Shown: in pieces, positions 10,706 through 20,138 of the stretch | Position numbering within the stretch: position 1 is the stretch's first letter | How the letters are laid out: every line of letters starts with the position of its first letter | Source: Nitrospirota bacterium | Lineage (GTDB): Bacteria; Nitrospirota; Thermodesulfovibrionia; Thermodesulfovibrionales; Dissulfurispiraceae | Assembly: GCA_963790025.1 (NCBI GenBank) | Contig: CAWBMP010000004.1 | Location: forward strand, 1,664,001-1,728,000 | Length of the DNA: 64,000 nucleotides | Direction: 5' to 3' | The notes under the pieces: model-generated | What the model was told of the DNA's origin: nothing | Databases searched by the model: none | The model's input: only the letters and a program-made list of their open reading frames with translations | Program-made: the position numbers and the translations under genes

Positions 10706-11947
10706 ATGCCTTTAGAAACAATCAAAGCTGACGTCCCCGTCTATGGAGGCCGCTCGATCGGCAGATTAAACGGTAAAATTGTAATGATAAAAGGGGCAAT
10801 CCCGGGCGAAATTGCTGAAGTGAGGCTGGAAGAGGAAAAAAAAGATTACAGCCTTGGTACCGCTGTTTCAATACTCACTCCCTCTCCCGACAGATGCGTA
10901 CCGGAGTGCGGTTATTTCGGTTCATGCGGAGGTTGCCAACTCCAGTTCATTGCTTACAAGCGTCAGGTGCGGCTTAAAGAGGAAATTCTCAGGGATTGCA
11001 TCAGACGCATAGCAAAAGCCGGGACTGAACTTTCCCCTTCAATGGTTGGTTCCAGCCCCTGGAAATACCGGCTCAGGGGACAGTTTAAAATATCGCATGG
11101 CAGGATCGGCTTTTACAGGGAAAAATCGCGTGAAATTATTGATATCGATGCCTGTCCGCTCATGGCGGAAGAGGTTAATCAATACCTTGCAAAAGCAAGG
11201 GCAATGCTCGGCAATATGACCGTCGGAGAAATACATATTTCGTTTGGAAACGGCGCGGTTGCTTTGTTAAAAACTTCTCATTCAGAAGGGGTTGCAGGCA
11301 TTGATTTGAATAAACTTTCCGGCGATTTTCTGGAAAACGGTTTTTCAGGAATTGTTATTAAGCTGCCGGACAGGAAGGCATTACAGCGGGGGAAACAATA
11401 CCTGACTCTCTATCTCGAAGGTCTGAAATACACGGTATCGCCACTGAGTTTTTTTCAAAGCCATTGGTCTCTGAATCAGGCAATTGTTGGGTTCGTCAAA
11501 AGTGCACTACATCCGATGAAAGGACAAAAGGTCATGGACCTCTGCTCCGGGGCCGGTAACTTCTCGTTGCCTCTTGCAGTATTCGCAGATGAAGTGGTCG
11601 CAGTGGAGGAGAGTGCTGATGCTGTCAGGGACGGCAGGAGAAACGCGGATATAAACGGTATTAAAAACTGTACGTTCATTAATTCCGCCATGGATTCGGC
11701 TGCCATAAGTAATGACGTTGATACGCTCATTGTCGATCCTCCCAGGCCGGGGCTTACAGGCAGAACAATAGACAATATTCTCAGTGCTGCGCCTGAAAGA
11801 ATTGCCTATATATCGTGCAACCCGACAACGTTGGCCAGGGATTTGAAAAAAATGGCAGCTAAATATGAAATTGACTCCATACGTATGATCGATTTCTTTC
11901 CCCAAACATATCACATAGAATCTCTGGCACTTCTCAGGAGGAAATAA
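10706..11947 (+). CDS. rlmD: RNA m5U methyltransferase, RlmD/TrmA family
   Basis: TRAM domain, Fe-S motif C..F..CGGC, SFFQ, DPPRPGL, YISCNP.TLARD and D.FPQT.HIE. Confidence 0.9.
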   Translation: MPLETIKADVPVYGGRSIGRLNGKIVMIKGAIPGEIAEVRLEEEKKDYSLGTAVSILTPSPDRCVPECGYFGSCGGCQLQFIAYKRQVRLKEEILRDCIRRIAKAGTELSPSMVGSSPWKYRLRGQFKISHGRIGFYREKSREIIDIDACPLMAEEVNQYLAKARAMLGNMTVGEIHISFGNGAVALLKTSHSEGVAGIDLNKLSGDFLENGFSGIVIKLPDRKALQRGKQYLTLYLEGLKYTVSPLSFFQSHWSLNQAIVGFVKSALHPMKGQKVMDLCSGAGNFSLPLAVFADEVVAVEESADAVRDGRRNADINGIKNCTFINSAMDSAAISNDVDTLIVDPPRPGLTGRTIDNILSAAPERIAYISCNPTTLARDLKKMAAKYEIDSIRMIDFFPQTYHIESLALLRRK

Positions 11948-11949
11948 GA

Positions 11950-12753
11950 ATGAGCGGGACTTTTTTGGAAACTGCCATCTTTGCCGCACAATCGGCAGGC
12001 AAGATTATCCTTCAAAACCTCGGCAGGCTCTCAAGCGATGACATAGATGTCAAGCAGGTATCGGACTTTGTAACCCGCGTTGACAGAGAGTCTGAAGCCC
12101 TTATTATCGGGACAATACATGAGCGGTATCCGGACCACCATATCCTTGCGGAGGAGTCGCTGAAGGAGATGGAGCGCGGGGGCTATCGCTGGATAATCGA
12201 TCCACTCGACGGCACTACTAACTATATTCACCAGTATCCTGTTTTTTGCACATCGATAGCCCTTGAGTACAACAGCAAAATAATTGCAGGAGTTATTTTT
12301 GATCCTTTAAGGGGAGACCTCTTCTGCGCGGAAAGAGGGAAAGGCGCTTTTCTCAATGGACAGCCGATAATGGTGTCAACGATTGCGGCCCAGCAAGACA
12401 GTCTTATCACGACAGGCTTTCCTTTCAGGAAAAAGGACTTTCTTGACATGTACCTTAAACTATTCAAAAATGTTCTGTATAAGGTCAGCGATATGCGGAG
12501 GGCAGGGTCAGCTGCGCTCGACCTGGCATACCTTGCAGCAGGAAGATGCGAGGGATTTTTTGAATTAGGGTTGAGTCCCTGGGATATTGCTGCGGGAAGC
12601 CTCATTATAGAGGAGGCCCGAGGGGTGATTACCGATTTCGGAGGGGGCAGTGAGTATCTGTCTACAGGAAATATTGTTGCCGGCAATAAAGTCATCCAAA
12701 AGGAACTGTTAAAGGAAGTGCAGGAAGTTTTTGACGGGATAATTGACAAGTAA
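11950..12753 (+). CDS. suhB: Inositol monophosphatase family protein
   Basis: DFVTRVD, WIIDPLDGTTNY, RRAGSAALDL and WDIAAG motifs. Confidence 0.92.
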   Translation: MSGTFLETAIFAAQSAGKIILQNLGRLSSDDIDVKQVSDFVTRVDRESEALIIGTIHERYPDHHILAEESLKEMERGGYRWIIDPLDGTTNYIHQYPVFCTSIALEYNSKIIAGVIFDPLRGDLFCAERGKGAFLNGQPIMVSTIAAQQDSLITTGFPFRKKDFLDMYLKLFKNVLYKVSDMRRAGSAALDLAYLAAGRCEGFFELGLSPWDIAAGSLIIEEARGVITDFGGGSEYLSTGNIVAGNKVIQKELLKEVQEVFDGIIDK

Positions 12754-12822
12754 AAAGGTTAAAGGTAAAAGGTCACAGACCAAAAAACGTCTTCTTTTTT
12801 TAGCCATTTATCTTAAACCTTT

Positions 12823-13428
12823 TTATTTTATTTTGGGTATTTCATCCTCTATTCTCGTCAGCACCCTTTCCAGGACCATTCGCGCGGTTTCGTCCGGCTG
12901 CTTTTCTGAACGGGCCCCTTGAGTCTGCCAAACTATATCGCCTGTAACTGAATCAACTACTTTAATTGAAAAAGAAGCGCGGCAGAATTGGAAACTGGCT
13001 TTCTCGGGTGCAAATCCGGTCCAGGTCCATTCTTTCTGGGTCTGGCACTCATAACGGTCAATTGTCCCATACACGACAGCTTTGATACCGTTTGCCTTTA
13101 GCAAGGCTTTGTCATCCGGTGTCAGTTCAGGAGAGATCAAAAGATCTTTGCCGGATAGTTTTTTCAGGGTTTCGCGGCGTGTCACCGAGTATCCGTCAGC
13201 AGCGAACCTTACAGCAATACGCGCTGCCACCCTTTCGCCTATGGCGGGATCAGGAGAGACAAATTTTGCTATTGTTACCGTATTATAATTCTGCATTGGC
13301 ACAACAGGAGCGTGTTTTACACTATTCTGCCCGGATGCACAGCTTATTAGAGCAATACAAGCCACACTGCATAATAATTTTAACAATTTTTTGTTCCTCG
13401 AGAACATTGTAATATTGAAGTTTACCAT
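12823..13428 (-). CDS. Putative lipoprotein, CsgG/LpoB-like alpha/beta fold (start may be 13407)
   Basis: Hydrophobic signal ending LISC; pattern GIKAVVYGTI...SFSIKVVD..TGDIVW. Confidence 0.6.
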   Translation of the reverse strand: MVNFNITMFSRNKKLLKLLCSVACIALISCASGQNSVKHAPVVPMQNYNTVTIAKFVSPDPAIGERVAARIAVRFAADGYSVTRRETLKKLSGKDLLISPELTPDDKALLKANGIKAVVYGTIDRYECQTQKEWTWTGFAPEKASFQFCRASFSIKVVDSVTGDIVWQTQGARSEKQPDETARMVLERVLTRIEDEIPKIK

Positions 13429-13490
13429 AATCCATAAGGCGATAAAACTTTTCCGTATTTAGGGCTTTTGATAGCGGGCTTTCCTTCAAT

Positions 13491-13519
13491 GTTACAATTA
13501 GGTTACAATTGGGTTACAA
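13491..13519. promoter_or_regulatory. Three GTTACAA direct repeats with 11-bp period (OmpR/PhoB-type site candidate)
   Basis: GTTACAA at 13491, 13502 and 13513, in a divergent intergenic region. Confidence 0.55.
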
Positions 13520-13525
13520 CCTATT

Positions 13526-14044
13526 ATGACTCTTTTATGTCCCATAGAAAACCTGAAAGACGGCCACGAGCTGGTCATATGTGACAGCGAGCGCTCACAA
13601 AGGGCGCATAAAGAACTCTTTCATTTCAGAGATGAGGTCTACTTAATTACCGGTGATCAGGACAATGTTTTTGATACGATCCTCAGCATGGTTGAGACCT
13701 TCAATACAGCTCCTGAAACAGGCCCTGCCCGCATTCATATAGTCCTGGCATGGGAAAACATTTTAAGGGTCTCCTCATGGAAATCAGCGCGTCCTGCTGC
13801 CGGCGATGCGTTTATTATTCTTAAAAATTCAGGAATAAGCCAGCAGGACCTTCAGCCGTTTAAAACAGCTGATGTTAATGATTTGTTCCCCTGGCTTTAT
13901 TACGGCAAACGGTTTGAGGTTTTAAGGAAGATTTGCCATGCGGCAAAGAAGCAAATGGAGAGTCATTTACGAAACCATTCCATAAGGGTGGATGGCCACC
14001 TTATGGCGGATGACACCAAAAGGATTATTGCCAGCAGCCTCTGA
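13526..14044 (+). CDS. Hypothetical protein, weak resemblance to the CbiD C-terminal domain
   Basis: 172-aa ORF filling the gap; family resemblance judged by eye only. Confidence 0.55.
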   Translation: MTLLCPIENLKDGHELVICDSERSQRAHKELFHFRDEVYLITGDQDNVFDTILSMVETFNTAPETGPARIHIVLAWENILRVSSWKSARPAAGDAFIILKNSGISQQDLQPFKTADVNDLFPWLYYGKRFEVLRKICHAAKKQMESHLRNHSIRVDGHLMADDTKRIIASSL

Positions 14045-14142
14045 AGAAACTGTTAGCCTCCGTGGGAGGCCTTAAAGACAGGTAAAGGTTAAGGTTAAGA
14101 AAACAAAACAAGACACAGGTCTTTGGTATCTTCTTACCTAAC

Positions 14143-15357
14143 CTATACCTTAACCTTGACCTGGTTTTTTAGCCGCTGAAATTCATGGAGCGACCTTGTA
14201 ACACAGTCTTCTATCGCCATCCCGCCAAAGTAATTTCCTGTCAGAAAGATGCGGCTCCCGGAGAGCGACTGCTCAAGTTCGCCGACCAGTGCGTTGTGGC
14301 CGACTTTAAGCGATGGCACAAAATTCTTTTTTTCTGCAACATGCCCAATCTGTCCCTGCTCAACTCCGAGCACTTCTGCGATGCGCTTGAGCTTCGCTTC
14401 GCGGCCCAGGAGACCCGGCCTGAAATGGAACGTGAAGCCTCTGTATTTCTTATGAGGCACAGTATCTCTGGTGACAACAGAATAAAAGCTGTCGGAAGAA
14501 GGGATCAGTCCTGCAGCAGGGGCGATGGAGACCGATTTTTTATTGATAGCCGTACCCATCGATTCAACCGCTACTACCTCGATCCCCGCTAATTTTTTCG
14601 ATAAACGAGGGGATGATTCCTGTAAAAGTTCCGAGGCGACAGATGCAGGTGTTGCCAGGGCCAGGGTGTCAGTTTCATAAAGTGCTCCATCTGTAGTGAT
14701 TTGGAAACGGCTGTTTTTGGAGGTCAGAGCATGCACCTTCTGTCCTTTTACAATCTCGATATTTTTTTGTAATGCTATAGCCTCTGCAATTGTCTGCATG
14801 CCGCAAGACAGAGTGAATTTTTTAAGTATATCTTTTCTGCGGAACCGTTTTTTAAATACCAGGTCTGCCGGAAAATCATTGGCTGTTTGCGATAGTACGG
14901 CATTTATGGCAGGACCGATCACTCGCCTGAAATTTGAGAGGCCTGCGATTTTTGAATAGTACGATTCAACACTGTACCCTTCCTGTTTGAGGGTAAATAA
15001 ACTGGGGGCTGAGAGGATAAGCTCCCAATAATTAAGCTGAGAAGGAATGGATTTTATCCGGCTCCCGGCAAGCATTTTGAACGGCACTTTTTCACGAGCG
15101 GTCAACTTGTCAAGAATGTTGCAATCTTCTATGATCGCCAATAAATTGCGATATGAGTTGTAACAGGTATGGGCACCCAGTTCTATCCAGAACCCATCTG
15201 CGTCGTCAAAGCGATGGGAATGCAGTGTGCCGCCAACATATCCGTCCTTTTCGATTATCAAAGTCCTCAGCCCTTCACTGCCGCAGTAATGGGCAAAGCT
15301 CAGTCCACTGATGCCTGCCCCGATCACGACAACTTCATATCTGTTGTTTAAAGCCAT
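14143..15357 (-). CDS. hemY: FAD-dependent proto/coproporphyrinogen oxidase (HemY-like)
   Basis: GAGISGL dinucleotide fold, ELGAH, C-terminal GNYFGG.AIEDC; overlaps the hemH stop. Confidence 0.8.
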   Translation of the reverse strand: MALNNRYEVVVIGAGISGLSFAHYCGSEGLRTLIIEKDGYVGGTLHSHRFDDADGFWIELGAHTCYNSYRNLLAIIEDCNILDKLTAREKVPFKMLAGSRIKSIPSQLNYWELILSAPSLFTLKQEGYSVESYYSKIAGLSNFRRVIGPAINAVLSQTANDFPADLVFKKRFRRKDILKKFTLSCGMQTIAEAIALQKNIEIVKGQKVHALTSKNSRFQITTDGALYETDTLALATPASVASELLQESSPRLSKKLAGIEVVAVESMGTAINKKSVSIAPAAGLIPSSDSFYSVVTRDTVPHKKYRGFTFHFRPGLLGREAKLKRIAEVLGVEQGQIGHVAEKKNFVPSLKVGHNALVGELEQSLSGSRIFLTGNYFGGMAIEDCVTRSLHEFQRLKNQVKVKV

Positions 15358-16352
15358 CCGGTACCCTTCACTTTCTTTATGACCATATCGGCAAGTGCCA
15401 TTATAAATTTTGCGGACGTGTTAAGCGATTCAATACGCTTAAGCGTTATCCCGAGGTTCCTTGCCATGCCTTTGTATAGTATATCTATTTCATAGAGAGT
15501 TTCAATGTGGTCGGACACAAAACTGATGGGCACAACCAGGAGTTCTTTTATTCCTTTGCCTGCTAGTTCACGAAGCATGTGTTCAGTAGAGGGTCCCAGC
15601 CATTTGACCGGGCCGGTCTTGCTCTGGAAAGAGAGGAACCACTGCATATCCACCCTTTTAGTAAGCTCATCGATAGTGCCCCGAACCTCGTTGATGTAAG
15701 GATCACCAGCGTCTACAAGTTTCTGCGGGAGACTGTGGGCGCTGAACAATACGGGAGGTTTAACAGCAAAACTTTTTAACCCCTGCTCAATGCGGGCCGC
15801 AAGGGCATCAATGTAAAGTGGGTGACTGAACCAGGAGGTGACACAGGCATATTCAAAAGAATATTTTGCAGCAGCATCTTCGAAATGTTTGATGGAAGAA
15901 CCTGTTGTCGCGACAGAGTAGTGAGGATACAGGCTTAGCGCAATTATTTTGTTTATACCTTGTCTGTGCAACTGCTCCAGACCCTCTTCAGTAAAAGGGT
16001 GCCAGTAACGCATGCCGATAATAACCTTGAATTTGTAATCAGGGTATCGCGGTATAGGAATGATGGCTTGTTCAGGCAGTGCAAAGGCATCTTTACTCCG
16101 ATTCAACAATTCCTCGAGTGCCCTGGCCTGTGCTGACGTGGTGTCTGGAAGAGGAGATTTGCCGCCTATCATTCTATAAGCGGCCAACGTCTTTTTCAGC
16201 TTCGTCCTGATTATAAGAGACGCTATAGGCTTTTGGAGGAATGAAGGGCCGAGCCTGATTATGTCCCTGTCAGTAAAAAGATTGCAAAGAAAAGGCTTAA
16301 CAGCATCTAAAGAGTCAGGACCGCCCAGATTTAAAAGTATTACACCTATCAC
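15348..16352 (-). CDS. hemH: Ferrochelatase
   Basis: LLNLGGP, GGKSP, MRYWHP, LFSAHSLP, FQS..GP..WL.P and FVSDHIETLYEID. Confidence 0.96.
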   Translation of the reverse strand: MIGVILLNLGGPDSLDAVKPFLCNLFTDRDIIRLGPSFLQKPIASLIIRTKLKKTLAAYRMIGGKSPLPDTTSAQARALEELLNRSKDAFALPEQAIIPIPRYPDYKFKVIIGMRYWHPFTEEGLEQLHRQGINKIIALSLYPHYSVATTGSSIKHFEDAAAKYSFEYACVTSWFSHPLYIDALAARIEQGLKSFAVKPPVLFSAHSLPQKLVDAGDPYINEVRGTIDELTKRVDMQWFLSFQSKTGPVKWLGPSTEHMLRELAGKGIKELLVVPISFVSDHIETLYEIDILYKGMARNLGITLKRIESLNTSAKFIMALADMVIKKVKGTGWL

Positions 16353-16396
16353 AGACTAAAGAATACAAGATTAGATATCGGTGATTCAAGTTGCTC

Positions 16397-16424
16397 TTGA
16401 CAATAACTATTCTAATCTGATAAT
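16397..16424 (+). promoter_or_regulatory. perR promoter with Per-box-like site
   Basis: TTGACA-16-GATAAT. CAATAACTATTCTAA (16401-16415) matches TTATAATNATTATAA at 10/14. Confidence 0.5.
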
Positions 16425-16455
16425 ATTTACTTAATAATAAAAAAGAGGTGTCAAA

Positions 16456-16851
16456 ATGAAAGAAGAATACAGGGAATTAGGATTGAAGCTTACACCTCAA
16501 AGGATTGCCATCCTCGACTATCTCAAGGATAACACGGACCATCCATCCGCAGAGGACATTTACAGGGCAGTTTCTGAAAATTATCCAACCATGTCCTTCG
16601 CAACGGTATATAACACGCTTGAAGCAATACGGAAGAAGGGCGGTGTGCATGAGTTGAGCATTGATCCGACGAAAAAACGTTTTGATCCTAACACTAAACC
16701 ACACCACCACCTTATATGTATAAAGTGCAAAAGAATTGTTGATATAGACTGTGCGTACGATTTGCAGGTATCGGCTGATGAAAGGAGCGGCTTCGATATT
16801 ATCGGTAATCATGTGGAGTTTTACGGCATCTGCCCCACCTGCAAAAACTGA
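16456..16851 (+). CDS. perR: Fur-family regulator, PerR-like
   Basis: LTPQR.AI, HPSAE, S.ATVYNTL, RFD....HHH..C..C..I.D and a C-terminal CxxC; upstream of a peroxiredoxin. Confidence 0.82.
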   Translation: MKEEYRELGLKLTPQRIAILDYLKDNTDHPSAEDIYRAVSENYPTMSFATVYNTLEAIRKKGGVHELSIDPTKKRFDPNTKPHHHLICIKCKRIVDIDCAYDLQVSADERSGFDIIGNHVEFYGICPTCKN

Positions 16852-16986
16852 GCAGCTACCTTTTTACAATAGTTGCGGAGTCAGCTCAAATAAACTATGA
16901 TTTAAAATAAATATTACACGCTGAATTTTGAACGTTAAGTCAGGGATCTTTTCATTAATTCAACTTTTTTATTACCAGGAGGGACT

Positions 16987-17598
16987 ATGAGTGAAATATG
17001 TTGCGGTTTGAGGGTAGGGCAGACGGTTCCGGATTTCAAACTCGATACCTATGAACCTACGAAGGGTGATTTTGGTGAAATAAGCCTCGCAAGTTTAAAG
17101 GCAGACAAGAAGTGGACTGTTCTTGTTTTCTATCCGGCTGACTTTACCTTTGTATGTGCCACCGAATTCGCCGCGCTCGCGGAGTTGTATGATCAGTTTA
17201 AGGAGCTTGGGGCCGAGGTCATAACAGTGAGCACGGATACGAAGTTCGTCCATCTTGCATGGCAGCGCGATGAGACCATGTTAAAAAACGCCAAATACCC
17301 CATGGGTGCCGACCGCACTGGAACTGTATCCAGAATGTTCGGGGTATACAACCAGGAGACAGGACTTGACATGAGGGGTTCCTTCATTATAAGTCCTGAA
17401 GGGATACTCATGAATTCAGAGGTCAATTTCTACAACATGGGAAGAAATATGGTCGAGCTTTTAAGGAAAGTGAAGGCGAACACCCACCTTTCCAAGTATG
17501 GGGACGAAGCCTGCCCCGCGAAATGGCAGGAAGAAGGGGACAAAACGCTGAAGCCGTCGGCGAAGATGGTTGGCAAGGTTGGTGAAGCCTATAAGTAA
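16987..17598 (+). CDS. ahpC: 2-Cys peroxiredoxin (AhpC/TSA)
   Basis: FYPADFTFVC.TE peroxidatic motif and resolving ACPAKW. Confidence 0.93.
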   Translation: MSEICCGLRVGQTVPDFKLDTYEPTKGDFGEISLASLKADKKWTVLVFYPADFTFVCATEFAALAELYDQFKELGAEVITVSTDTKFVHLAWQRDETMLKNAKYPMGADRTGTVSRMFGVYNQETGLDMRGSFIISPEGILMNSEVNFYNMGRNMVELLRKVKANTHLSKYGDEACPAKWQEEGDKTLKPSAKMVGKVGEAYK

Positions 17599-17605
17599 AA
17601 AGGAA

Positions 17606-17672
17606 GCTGAGAGCTACGAGTCTATAGCTGAGAGCAAAGGATGGTCTTGGCTCTTGGCCCTTAGCTCTCAGC
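17606..17672. repeat. Heptamer-built imperfect palindrome between convergent genes
   Basis: Left arm GCTGAGA-type heptamers; right arm TCTTGGC TCTTGGC CCTTAGC TCTCAGC. Confidence 0.6.
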
Positions 17673-17683
17673 AATTATCTTTT

Positions 17684-20011
17684 TTATTTCCACTTAAATA
17701 TACTCAAGATATTGGAAAAGTCATCGGTCCAGACCGGTACGTTACCGGCACCTTGCAATTTTACCCAGCGCGGGTCATGTGCCAGTCTGCCCAGATAAGC
17801 TGCTTTTTGAGCAAGGATGACCCAATGAGAGCGGTATTTTGTTTTTGTAGATTCTTTGTCGTCATTTTGTGAGCGTGCCTCAAGACCTGCATCCCTTGCC
17901 AGACGATCGAGCACCGGCTCGAGATCAAGGTATTTATTAGAAATATGAATTGCAAGGATGCCTGTACGTTCCAGTTTTGAAAAATATAGATGCAGCGCTT
18001 CGCGTGTCAAGAGGTGCACAGGGATGGCATCGGAACTGAAGGCATCGATAATCATAAGCCCGTATTTCCTGTCAGCTGCTTCCTCAAGTTTCAGACGGGC
18101 ATCCCCTATAATGATCTCCCAGTCTGCACGGCAGTCTTTCATATAAGTGAACATTGCCGGATCAGTTGCAATACGTTTTATCGCCGGATCGATCTCGTAA
18201 AAGGTGAAATGCTGGTGCGGTTCCCCGTAACTTGCGAGTGTGCCGGTCCCTAGTCCGATCAACGCCACATGCTTCTTTCGTGAAGTGCCGCTAAAGGTCC
18301 TGAAAACCTGGCCTATTGGGCCTTTGCGATGGTAGTAGGTAAGCGGCTCCCGAGCGCGACTGGGATCGAGGCTCTGTTTGCCGTGCTGGGTAGTGCCATG
18401 TACAAGCACCCGGTATTCATGAGCGGCATCGTTCGACACCTTGATGACGCCGAAAAAGCTTCGTTCTTTGTGGACGATGTCCTCTTTCCAGTCATTATTG
18501 ATCATGATGGCAAGCGTTAACGCGGCAATCCCAAGACCGAAGCGCCAAGGTCTTCTCATAAAGGCAAGGCCGAAGCATAGCACTGCAGGAATGCTGTAGG
18601 TAACTATTACTTTCAGTCTCTCCAGGGCATCTTCATGGAGCTTGTCGAGGATGGGTATTTTCAGATTCCACAGGGGCCACTCACTAATAAGCCAGAATGC
18701 CAGGACCCCCAGGAGAGCCGGCAGCACAATATCGAGAAGCAGAGTTATTCGGCCGTTCTGCCGTGCCTGCGCTTTTCTGCCTGAGAGGGGGACAAGAAAG
18801 GCTGCGAGCGCAAAAGCGATAGGATATTCCGCTATTGAGGTAAATACGAGTGGAGCAACAAGAGCATTAAAAACACCGCCGGCAACACCGCCGACTGACA
18901 TGCACAAATAGAACTCGGTAAGATGATATGCAGATGGCCTGCTCCGCGCAAGTTCGCCGTGGCACGCCATCGCAATAATGAAAAAAACAGTAAGATTGGC
19001 AAGAAATATTATCCATATGGCCGGTTTGGTCATGGGGATATTGATAAACATAATGGCGATAAGCGCGGCAGGGGCGATGCGCAGCACACTGCGGTGAAAG
19101 ACCATCGGTATGTTTGCAAAGACGAGAATGAAGGAAAGCAGATAGAGCGTCAGGGGAATCACCCAGAACAGTGGTATTGCCGCGACGTCAGTGCTGAGAA
19201 AAGTGGTCACCCCGAGCATCAGACTTGAGGGGACAAAAGAAAGAGCGATCCAGCGTAACCGGTCCATAACGGCAGGCTGGATTGACTTGCCGATGTAATC
19301 AGGAGCGTTTGTACCCACTGCAGAGGTAGTAACGGTCTCTCCTGTAATATTTCTTGCCCACCATGCAAGAAAAGCGCAGGTAAGGCTGAGCACGAGAAGG
19401 ATGCCGTAGCCGGCTGACCACAAAAGACTCTGCTCTTTCAGCGGGAGCCGCGGTTCTATGAGCGATGGATAACTCATCAGTGCCAGCATGCTGCCGACAT
19501 TGCTTGCGCTGTAAAGGAAATAGGGGTCTTTAGCCGAGGGATGTCCTGTACGGACAAACCATTTTTGCAGGAGCGGTGCGCTGCCGGAAAGTATAAAAAA
19601 AAGTAACCCTACGGAAGTGAGTAACAGTAGAAGTACCAGCCCTTCCGGATTTGCTTCCCCTGTTGGGATCAGACGGCGTGAGACAGCGACCGGCAGGAAG
19701 AGACAGGCACACAAAAGTATAACACCGTGCAGCAGAATTTGATTCTTGAACCGCAACCTGCTGCCGGAAAGGTGCGCGTAAAGGTACCCGGCGAGAAGCA
19801 GTGCCTGAAAAAACATCATGCATGTGTTCCATACTGCCGGAGTACCGCCGAGCAGCGGAAGGATCATTTTTGCGATCATCGGTTCTACAATAAAAAGCAG
19901 GCCTGCACTGATAAAAAGGGTGAGACCAAAAAAAGCAGGCACATACCAGCGCCCTTTCTCCCAGTTGCGCGCTCCCGGTGTTGTATCTGTTTTCTGCAAA
20001 TAATTGTCCAT
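17684..20011 (-). CDS. Fused multi-TM (MFS-like) / spermidine-synthase-like SAM-binding protein
   Basis: About 13 hydrophobic helices, then HGTT.HG.Q, GLGTGTLA, YEIDP, GDAR, IDAFSSDAIPVHL and WTDD. Confidence 0.85.
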   Translation of the reverse strand: MDNYLQKTDTTPGARNWEKGRWYVPAFFGLTLFISAGLLFIVEPMIAKMILPLLGGTPAVWNTCMMFFQALLLAGYLYAHLSGSRLRFKNQILLHGVILLCACLFLPVAVSRRLIPTGEANPEGLVLLLLLTSVGLLFFILSGSAPLLQKWFVRTGHPSAKDPYFLYSASNVGSMLALMSYPSLIEPRLPLKEQSLLWSAGYGILLVLSLTCAFLAWWARNITGETVTTSAVGTNAPDYIGKSIQPAVMDRLRWIALSFVPSSLMLGVTTFLSTDVAAIPLFWVIPLTLYLLSFILVFANIPMVFHRSVLRIAPAALIAIMFINIPMTKPAIWIIFLANLTVFFIIAMACHGELARSRPSAYHLTEFYLCMSVGGVAGGVFNALVAPLVFTSIAEYPIAFALAAFLVPLSGRKAQARQNGRITLLLDIVLPALLGVLAFWLISEWPLWNLKIPILDKLHEDALERLKVIVTYSIPAVLCFGLAFMRRPWRFGLGIAALTLAIMINNDWKEDIVHKERSFFGVIKVSNDAAHEYRVLVHGTTQHGKQSLDPSRAREPLTYYHRKGPIGQVFRTFSGTSRKKHVALIGLGTGTLASYGEPHQHFTFYEIDPAIKRIATDPAMFTYMKDCRADWEIIIGDARLKLEEAADRKYGLMIIDAFSSDAIPVHLLTREALHLYFSKLERTGILAIHISNKYLDLEPVLDRLARDAGLEARSQNDDKESTKTKYRSHWVILAQKAAYLGRLAHDPRWVKLQGAGNVPVWTDDFSNILSIFKWK

Positions 20012-20138
20012 TAAATATAGTTAATACTGCGTAAGTATTGTATAGGTATTTGTCATGAAGTACAAGAAGTTATTGAACAGAGGGGCAGGGGGAAAGTATA
20101 TACTTGACTTGATCAGGGGAATCGACTACATTAAAATT

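Noticed and set aside
16987..17598. Possible selenocysteine peroxiredoxin
   Set aside because: The peroxidatic residue is TGT (Cys) and there is no in-frame TGA.
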